Assembly: GCF_006345805.1 (NCBI RefSeq)
Contig: NC_043014.1
Coordinates: 18,290,001-18,354,000 of the forward strand
DNA: 64,000 bases
Source: Octopus sinensis
Lineage: Eukaryota
Direction: 5' to 3'
This document shows, piece after piece, positions 54,541 through 64,000 of this stretch (the stretch's first letter is position 1; each line of letters begins with the position of its first letter). The notes beneath the pieces are model-generated. The model ran no database searches. It had not been told where the DNA came from and saw nothing but the letters and a program-made list of their open reading frames with translations. Position numbers and translations under genes: made by a program.

Positions 54541-55640
54541 CAGGAATCCATAACTTTACGGAATTAACGTGTTTCGGAAAACTAGGCCGTAACGTGTAAT
54601 TTCGTAGTGCGAAATTCTTTTTCCTATTGATTTTCATACAATCATGTGAAAATCCGTTCCTACTGACTTTTTCGAAACAATGTACATGAAAGCAACAAAG
54701 AATAAAGAATACGATCACTTTTTACATGAAAATAACTAATTCTAAACACACAATACAATATAGTTACATAAAAACACAAAAAACATTTCAAGAGGAATAA
54801 ATTAAAGAAATAATAAGAATTGTAATATCGTAAGAGTAGGTTCTTACCACGAAAAATGTTGACTACTGTGTGAGGGTTACTGGTAGAATGAGCGTTACTA
54901 GGAATATGAGGGACAATATTTACTACATTATAGTTTTTTTATCAAGAACATCAACTTGATGGGTGAAGAAGGTATCCAAAGTTGTTTGTTATCTATAACG
55001 CATCATCTCTGTGTACAGCTCAACGGGTCACTATAGGAACGGAGCTCATTGCGAACTTCTCTTGTAATTTTTATGTTACGCTTTCAATTAGGTTCATTAT
55101 CAGCAAAAACGTGCAGACCTTTCTCTGTAAGTGTAAGCCCTCTATCAATGATTTTCGTTAACAATTTGAGTAGGCGGAACTTTTGTTGTTACCTCTCAGT
55201 TTGTTCTTTTCCCATCATCTGCTTCTCTTTAGAGAAATTTTCTTTCTAAGACACTAGTAACTCAGTTATATCGTCCTCTATGACTTTTCAGATCCTATAT
55301 TCTTTAGAAGTGTCCACATCATTCCGAATTTGATTTAGACTTTTTACTCGAAGAAAACTTGAAATTTCACGCAGTCTGGCCATATAGTTTTCCAAACACT
55401 ATTGAAAGTTAAAGGTTTCACTTCATCTTATGATTCGACTATATTATCCACAGCATACATTATATCAAATTTCTTGCAGAAATCTCTAACTAGGTTTAAA
55501 ATCCTGTCTGTCAAATGTTTTCATAATTTGTTTGAAAGTTCTCTTATAAAATGCTTTGAAGTTAGCTATCACACATTGATCCATTGACTAGAGCAAAGAA
55601 GTTGTATTATTGGGAATATAGTTTACACTCACATAAGAAA
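54541..55640 (-). pseudogene. pogo/Tigger transposase C-terminal remnant with putative TIR
   Basis: VNYIPNNTTSLL*SMDQCVIANFKAFY and NIVES*DEVKPLTFNSVWKTIWPDCV match Tigger PPNTTSLLQPMDQGVIANFKAYY...W.EV...VWKKLWP; cagg- terminus at 54541. Confidence 0.8.
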
Positions 55641-57496
55641 CAGCCATCCAATTTCGTTGGGTGTCTCGGTGCCTCGTCTAAACAAGGTTCACCAGATTTT
55701 ATAAATACTTCGCCCTTGCACTACTACTTTCAGACACTCACACACACACACACTCACAGGGTAATGCGCGCACACACACGCGCACACATACACATGCAAG
55801 CATACACACACACACACTCACAGCCGCATGCGCGTGTACACACACATACAGACGCACACGCACACACACACACGCAGACACACACTCATGGGCACATTTG
55901 TATTGGCATACATGTTGATATCTGTTGTAACTCCAGTTAAATTCAAAAGTTGATAGTGGTAATGATGTGGGTTGCATTGGTTTAGATGTTAGTGATGATA
56001 GGCGCGTATTGTTGGTGGTGTAGTAGTCATATTGTTCTTGCTAATTGTACTGTTGTGGCTGTTTAGCCTCCATTCAATCTTCATAGATCTAAGATCGAAG
56101 ACATTCAATATTTAAAATACACCAGGATACCACATTATATGTTCTTATTTGAAATGGACTTGCTTCTCAATTTCATACTGTTTATTACTATTGCTGTGTT
56201 GATGATACAACCACACAAACACACATACATTCATACACACGCGCGCGCACACACATAGTTCTATAGATACGTGCATGACATCCATATACATAAAGAAACA
56301 CATATATGCATATACTTACATAAATACATAGGTACATACATAGACATTCATATACATAAACACACACACACAAACACACACAGACACACACACACACACA
56401 CACACGTATATATATCGCGAGAAATGGAGCAACCACAGTGGTTGTGAAAGCAGATATTTGAATGACTACCAATATTAATTAATGCTTATTAACCCAACGA
56501 AATGTGACTTTGACCAAACATTCTCTACACCCCTCATCGCTTGACATCCAATGAAGTATGTTATTTCGGTTTTTCATTTTATTGTTGTTTTCTAGAATTT
56601 GGTATTTTGAATATGGTAATGTTAGTTTTTGGCATCGGAAATTACTGGAAAATATATATGGACTTGTCATAGGCTTTTGGCATTAAATATCCATCAAATA
56701 TGTCTTCAACATCATCATCATCATCGTCAGTAACACTGCTAACATCGACAGCTTCAGCACTAAAACGAACAACATCTTAACCATCATCATGACAAGTGAA
56801 CGTGTGACTGTCTTCCGTCTTGTTTACTGTCTGAATATAAATAAGTGCATCTTGAATACCTTAGACCACGAATGTTATAACTAAAATAGTAAATTTAGAT
56901 ATAATAATCTCAAATTGGATACGTTTGGAATTCTTCTCTCAGAGCTAATCTGCGCCATAGGCATTGTGAAAATTGAAAGCCAAGAGAGAAACTGGGCTCT
57001 GGTACATTACAGGCCCTATCACAAACCAAATGAGAGACTGTCTTAAATATTAATCTAAGTAGCATATATATAATCTTTTATCTTTTAACTTTTACCTTTT
57101 CCTTATTTCAGACATTTGACACCGGTCACCGCCTTGAAGAATTTTACGCGAAGGAATCGACCCCAGTACCTTTCATATATTTAAAGCATTTACTTATTCT
57201 ATTCTTTTCTTTTGCCGAACCGCTAACTTACTACGACGTAAACATTCCAACACCGGTTGTCAAGCAGTGATGGGGGACAAACACCCCCCATACATACACA
57301 CATACACAACACACACAAAGACCGGTCAATTTCCGTCGACCAAATCTACTCACAAAGCTTTGGTCGACCTGAGGCCATAGTAGAAGACACTTGCTCAAGG
57401 TGTCACGCAGTGGGCATCGTTGAGAAGCACGCTTTTTTCCACACCGTCATTCCTGCATCTAGAAACGCACGGATACAAGCACGGCCACACGTTGGC

Positions 57497-57538
<42 letters not shown>

Positions 57539-57574
57539 AACACAGACACACGCAAACATTCAAATACACACACT

Positions 57575-57637
<63 letters not shown>

Positions 57638-57682
57638 GTGATTTCGTTTTCAAAATACATCTACGCCATATGCCCGTGGACA

Positions 57683-57748
57683 TATGGTGTAGTGGTTAAG
57701 AGTGCGGGCTACTAACCCTCAAATCCCGAGTCCGATTCCAAGCAGTGA

Positions 57749-57798
<50 letters not shown>

Positions 57799-57842
57799 TA
57801 ATAATAATAACAATAATAATAATAATGATGATGATGATGATG

Positions 57843-57870
<28 letters not shown>
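57683..57870 (+). mobile_element. Left part of a PLE terminal repeat (tRNA-like head plus (AAT)n)
   Basis: tatggtgtagtggttaagagtgcgggctactaaccc...gagtccgattcc...gacctg(aat)n, same layout as the uninterrupted copy at 62623. Confidence 0.75.
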
Positions 57871-57873
<3 letters not shown>

Positions 57874-60785
57874 ACTGCAGCCACAAAAGAAGCTGGATAC
57901 TCACTCAAACCCATCCAAACAGGAGTACCACCACCCAAACAAACCCTGTGGATAAATAACATCCAAAACAAAATACAACAAATGAGAAAAGATCTGTCGA
58001 TTCTTAATGAAATCAGTAGACAATCAACGCTACTGAGTAACAAAAAGAAAACAAAAATACTCCGCAAATATAACATCACAGAAAAAGATTTACCTGAGAT
58101 AAAAGAAAAGCTGAAGCAAGATATCCTTGCCAAAGCACAAAGGATCCGCCGGTACGAGAAACGCCAGCGCTTCTTTGAACAAAACAAAAAGTTCAACTCC
58201 AACCCCAAAAAGTTCTACCAAGAACTTGGCAAAAATAAAATAGAAATCACTGCAGCACCAATGGCAGAAGAAGTGGAAGAATTCTGGAGAGAAATATGGT
58301 CGGCGAACGAACAACCAAAAAAAAGGAGTATCAAAACAACAAACTCAGCATCTGAGCAACTTTGGGCCCCCATAACAACTGAAGAGGTCGCCCAGGCACT
58401 GCAAAGACTAAGCAACTGGAAGGCACCTGGGCACGACAAGATCCCCAACTTCTGGTTGAAATATCTAACAGGAATGCATAAAAAGCTGGCTGAAATCTTT
58501 AACAACATACTAGCAGAGCCAGAGACAATGCCTGAATGGCTCACGAAGGGGAAGACCATCTTAATTCCCAAATCAAATGAGAGAGCAAAACCAGAAAACT
58601 ACAGACCAATAACCTGTCTCCCTACAATGTACAAGGCATTTACTGCAGTGATATCGCAAAGGTTGAACAAGCACCTGGACGAAAACAACCTGTTTCCAGA
58701 AGAGCAGAAAGGATGCCGCAAAGGCTCATATGGCTGTTAAGATCAACTAATGATTAATAAAGCCATAACTGAAGACAGCCACAGAAAGAAGAAAGGCGTC
58801 AGTATAGCCTGGATCGACTACAAAAAGGCGTTTGGTAGCATCCCCCACACATGGATCCTCGAAACACTAGCCATTAACAAAGTAGCACCAACAATTATAA
58901 AATTCATAGGGCACTCTATGAATAAATGGCAAACAGTACTACAGCTCCAAACAAAAATGGGACTCATGAAAACCAAAGCCATCCCCATTAGAAGAGGAAC
59001 ATTCCAGGGAGACACGCTCTCTCCGCTCCTTTTCTGCTTGGCACTGTCACCTCTATCTGATATGCTAAATAGAACTGGATGCGGATATAAATGTTACAGC
59101 AAAACGATCAGCCACCTTTTATATATGGATGACCTAAAACTATACGCTGCAAATAACAAACAGCTGGAAATACTATTAAAGGCAGTTCATGGATTTACCA
59201 AAGAAATAGATATGAAATTTGGATTAGAAAAATGCGCCAAAGTAACCATGAAAAGAGGAAAACTGGTTAAGAGTAGCAACATCATACTAGATAAAACCAA
59301 TGAAATAAAAGAATTAGACCAAAGCTAAACTTACAAATACTTAGGAATCCATGAACTAGATAAGACACAACACACACAAATGAAAGAGAAAATAAAAAAA
59401 AAGAATATTATAGACGAGTTAGATCAATACTAAAAACAGAGCTCAATACTAAAAACAAGATAATACGTATTAACACTTTAGCTGTCCCAGTTATAAGTTA
59501 CAGCTACAATATCCTTAACTGGACACTAAATGAACTGACCAAAATAGATAGGAAAACAAGAAAAATAATGACAGGATCTAGGATGCATCACCCAAAATCC
59601 GACATAGAAAGACTATATATACAACGTATAGAAGGTGGTAGAAGCCGTATGCAGCTGGAAAACTACTATAAAATAACCACCATAGGACAGCAAAAATATC
59701 TACTTCAGAAGGAAGGAAAACTGATACAAATAGCGGCAAAACACGAGCAAAACAAAAAACTGTTCTCAGTATTTAAGGAAGCTGACAAATACAAACAAGA
59801 AATCATACCACCTAATAAATATGAAGAAGAAGAAGAAGAAGAAGAAGAAGAAGAAACAACAAAAGCTATAAAACAAATGAAATCCAAACTAAAACTAGAA
59901 CAGCAAAGAACCATGATAAAACGATGGCATGGAAAGCCCCATCATGGTAAATACTGGACTAAACAAAACGCAAAAGAAATAGACAAAGAAAAATCCCAGC
60001 AATGGTTGAGAAGCTCATGACTCAAAGCAGAGACAGAGGGATTTTTAATTGCAGCACAAGACCAAACCTCCCCACCAGAAATTACCAAAAGCATGTAATG
60101 AAAAGAAATATAACAAGTAACTGCAGAATATATAGAGATGGACAAGAAACAATAAATCATATTATCTCTGGCTGCCCAGTCCTGGCTAAGAAGGAATATG
60201 TTCATAGACATGACAAAGTTGGAACCTACATACACTGGAAGCTATGCCAACATTATGGAGTAACAACAGAAAAAAGATGGTATAGGCACACACCAGAAAA
60301 GGTCACAGTAGACGAGAAAGCAACCATACTCTGGGATATGCCGATACACACAGATAGAGAAATTAAGGCCAACAGACCAGATATAGTTGTCAGAGATCAT
60401 GAAGAAAAAAATGCTTTCTAATTGATGTATCAATACCGGCAGATGACAACGTGCCTCTAAAAGAAATGGGAGGAACTTTCAAAATACAAAGACCTGGAAA
60501 TAGAGGTAACCAGAATGTGGAATCTAAAAACAGAAACAATTCCTATCATAGTAGGTGCATTAGGCATGATAAAAAAATATTCAGACAAATACATAACAAA
60601 GACACCAGGACTTACAAATACATATAACATACAGAAATTTGCACTACTAGGCACTGCACACATCCTACGCAGAACACTTTCCATACAATAACCATCAGAG
60701 CACCACAACAAATCACAGCACATACCTAAGGCACACAGAACTGCGCTCGGTAGTGAAGTGAAAGCACGCTATAAAAATAAAACTA

Positions 60786-60788
<3 letters not shown>
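57871..60788 (+). mobile_element. 5'-truncated R4/Dong-clade non-LTR retrotransposon (RT plus REL endonuclease), pseudogenised
   Basis: WKAPGHDKI, ENYRPITCL, WIDYKKAF, FQGDTLSPLLF, LYMDDLK, CxxxxxxxETINHIISGC, RHD and ANRPDIVV motifs; stops at 58740, 59328 and 60020 plus frameshifts; ORF ends at about 60691; flanked by (TAA)n on both sides. Confidence 0.92.
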
Positions 60789-60862
<74 letters not shown>

Positions 60863-60890
60863 GATGATGATGATTATGATGATGATAAAT

Positions 60891-61445
60891 GCCCTGATGC
60901 AGTACCAGGCAGTGGCTCTCGTGGCTTCTGATCGTAACTGATTGGAAGTGTTATCTTGTACATTGTTTTGTCTTGGCATAAAAGATTAGCTACAGCAAAT
61001 ATTCTGCTCAATACCACAGTTTTGCTTGTCAGTTGTTTGACCTTAACCAGTTGAGCATGTCCCTTAATGTCTGACGATATGTGCATCTCTGATCACAAGC
61101 AGAAGTAGTGGGGGGAACATCGTAGCCATGTGTTGAGAGGGATTATTTGGTGTTTGAATAATTCACCTCTGGAAATATGGGTGCTTCGCTGAACATCCTT
61201 AAACAACCCTTATTCAGGGACCTTTTCAGCGGGATGGGCTACTCGACCAGAAGAAAATACTAACTGGGCCACACCTGCAATGTCATGTGCTGTTTATCTT
61301 GATATGAAATCACCATATCGCGCACATTTGGTTGTGATACAAGTGCCTAGTGTACTCTTATCAGATGGGTAGTCATGATGGGTATACTGGGCTTCGTATA
61401 TTTTATCCCAGTGTCACTTTGATGGCATGCACTGCTCTCTCACTC
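60891..61445 (+). mobile_element. 555-bp non-coding element flanked by (AAT)n, copy 1
   Basis: gccctgatgcagtaccaggc...ctctcactc(aat)n; orientation inferred from the (AAT)n polarity only. Confidence 0.75.
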
Positions 61446-61496
<51 letters not shown>

Positions 61497-61497
<1 letters not shown>

Positions 61498-62050
61498 CCC
61501 TGATGCAGTACCAGGCAGTGGCTCTCGTGGCTTCTGATCTTAACTGATTGGAAGTGTTATCTTGTACATTGTTTTGTCTTGGTATAAAAGATGGGCTACA
61601 GCAAATATTCTGCTCAATACCACAGATTTGCTTGTCAGTTGTTTGACCGTAACCAGTTGAGCATGTCCCTTAGTGGCTGACGATATGTGCATCTCTGATC
61701 ACGAGCAGAAGTAGTGGGGGAGCATCATAGCCATGTGTTGAGAGGGATTATTTGGGGTTTAAATAATTCACCTCTGGAAACATGGGTGTTTCATTTAACA
61801 TCCTTAAATAACCCTTATTCAAGAACCTTTTGAGTGGGATGGGTTACTCGACCAGAAGAAAATTCTAACTGGGCCCCACCTGCAAGGTCATGCGCTGTTT
61901 ATTTTGATATGAGATCACCATATCGCGCACATATGGTTGTGATGCATGTGCCTGGTGTACCCTTATCAGACGGGTAGTCATGATGGGTATACTGGGCTTC
62001 GTATATTTTACCCCAGTGTCACTTTGATGGCATGCACTGCCCTCTCACTC
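61497..62050 (+). mobile_element. 554-bp non-coding element flanked by (AAT)n, copy 2
   Basis: Same ends as copy 1, with scattered substitutions. Confidence 0.75.
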
Positions 62051-62092
<42 letters not shown>

Positions 62093-62094
<2 letters not shown>

Positions 62095-62223
62095 CATCGA
62101 AAAATACCTTTGAAATTTCCATAAGACGCCTGATGAACACTGGAGGGTATATCAGCCGAAACGTTGTGTTAACAATAAACAAGATGAAGACAAATATCCG
62201 TCAAATGTAAATAATGTAAATAA
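62093..62223 (+). mobile_element. Right part of the interrupted PLE terminal repeat, with a hammerhead-like motif at 62126-62169
   Basis: ACGC-CUGAUGA...cagcc-GAAA-CG-UU-GUGU; matches 62703-62855. Confidence 0.75.
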
Positions 62224-62247
62224 GCTACACAAAAGTAATTGAAAATC

Positions 62248-62856
62248 TCTTTCAGTTCTATATTTAAGAAATGAGGAATTATGTTTCTTATTTACATTAT
62301 TTACATTTGACGGATATTTGTCCTAATCTAGTCGCCCCCTCAAAATAAGGGTAGGGGAACATCGTAAAGCTGTGACACGAGGAGATATTGATAAATCGGG
62401 TATAATTGATCATGTGTGGGACCTCGGAGACCACAGTGGGATGAAGTTAAAATAATAGACAGGGAATACCACTGGAAAATACGAAAACTAAAAGAAGCAG
62501 CACATATACTAGGACATAATAACCGCCTAAGAAGACCTAGTGCAGATATGAGTAGCATATGGGAACCGGTATTAAGGAAGGATAGAAAAATATTAGATTT
62601 ATAAGCTCTAAAATTTATTCTCTATGGTGTAGTGGTTAAGAGCGCGGGCTTCTAACACCAAGATTCAAGGCAGTGGCCTGAATAATAATAATAATAATAA
62701 TAACTTCGAAATATACCTAAGGAATGAGAACCCAGGTTTGAAATTTCCCCAGGACACCTGAAGAAGGCTGGAGAATATATCAGCCGAAACGTTGTGTTAA
62801 CAACAAACAAGATGAGGACAAATATCCGTCAAATGTAAATAACGTAAATAATGTAT
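62248..62856 (+). mobile_element. 5'-truncated Penelope-like element: inverted terminal-repeat piece, GIY-YIG C-terminus, terminal repeat
   Basis: 62333-62604 translates RPLKIRVGEHRKAVTRGDIDKSGIIDHVW.../QWDEVKIIDREYHWKIRKLKEAAHI; 62288-62329 is the reverse complement of the repeat 3' end. Confidence 0.82.
62754..62797 (+). ncRNA. Minimal type I hammerhead-like motif of the PLE
   Basis: ACAC-CUGAAGA-a-GGCUG-loop-CAGCC-GAAA-CG-UU-GUGU. Confidence 0.7.
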
Positions 62857-63379
62857 TTATTCGAGACTGTTAATTACCAGTTTTTTTCTCCCATGTCTTT
62901 ATAAACTCTACATAAACAGAGGAGTAATTTCAGTAAAAACAATATCAGGAACCAGCAGCAAAGCGAGTGCGAAACAGGAGAAATTTTCAGAATAAGAAAT
63001 TCCATCTGACAAGTATTTCGGCCCTTACTCGTTGTACTCTAAAAGCTCCAAGGTCATGACTCCTAGTTGTCCTCCTACCGCTTTCCAAAATCCTGTCTTC
63101 ACTGGGATTCGAACCTGGGTCATTCTTTTTGTGATCTTGTGTTCCCAGGTTTGTGTTTCAGACCGCTAGGCCATGGTGACCACGGAATCCATAGATCGTT
63201 TCTCTTTGTCCATATCCACATTCAGCAGGATTTACAGCTAGACTGTTGTGAACACCAGGTAAATAAATATTGTAAACAGTGTTTAAACAAGTTGTATATC
63301 CAAATACAAAATTGTTATACATCTAATATATAAAATAGAGATGCGTGCTTATTCACTTTTCATATATATATATATATAT

Positions 63380-63756
63380 TACTCTTTTACTTGTTTCAGT
63401 CATTTGACTGCGGCCATGCTGGAGCACCGCCTTTAATCGAGCGACCCCGGGACTTATACTTTTGTAAGCCCTGTACTTATTCTATCGGTCTATTTTGCCG
63501 AACCGCTAAGTAACGGGGACATAAACACACCAGCATCGGTTGTCAAGCAATGCTAGGGAGACAAACACAGACACACAAACACACACACGCATATACATAT
63601 ATACATATATACGACGGGCTTCTTTCAGTTTCCGTCTACCAAATTAACTCACAAGGCTTAGTAGAAGACACTTGCCCAAGGTGCCACGCAGTGGGACTGA
63701 ACCCTGAACCATGTGGTTGGTAAACAAGCTACTTACCACACAGCCACTCCTGCGCC
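63380..63756 (-). mobile_element. Full-length SINE family B
   Basis: Colinear with 42167-42585. Confidence 0.85.
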
Positions 63757-63769
63757 TATATAAATATAT

Positions 63770-63863
<94 letters not shown>

Positions 63864-63871
63864 GTATGTAC

Positions 63872-63906
<35 letters not shown>

Positions 63907-64000
63907 TGTATCTATGATTGTATATCCTTTTAGTCTCTGGTCCTTTTCCAGAGGTTGGGGGCCATACTGGAGCACCGCCTCTCAGTGTTTTAGGGGTCTC

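Noticed and set aside
57982-60421. Active LINE
   Set aside because: 5'-truncated, with at least three in-frame stops and several frameshifts.

Overview
AT-rich, microsatellite-dense eukaryotic non-coding DNA with one 100-N gap (43473-43572). The repeat repertoire suggests an octopus or other coleoid cephalopod (inference from the repeats, not proven). I found no convincing host protein-coding exon; nearly all listed ORFs are translated (TA)n/(CA)n/(TATG)n repeats. The window is a layered transposon landscape: three tRNA-derived SINE families, R4/Dong-type LINEs, Penelope-like element (PLE) remnants, Tc1, Tigger and Merlin-like DNA transposons, and a tandem Helitron. Highlights: (1) a ~396-bp tandem array at 2684-4916 in which every unit carries a type I hammerhead-ribozyme-like motif, i.e. 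a candidate non-LTR retrozyme/circRNA locus; (2) a head-to-tail Helitron pair at 26720-30154, one unit of which carries a ~2-kb cargo with a gag-like CCHC ORF1-only retroelement whose 3' tail is shared with a local SINE; (3) a PLE terminal repeat made of a tRNA-like head, (AAT)n and a hammerhead, one copy of which was the landing pad for a Dong LINE and two 555-bp (TAA)n-flanked elements (57683-62223). All structures were read by eye; none was computed or searched against databases.
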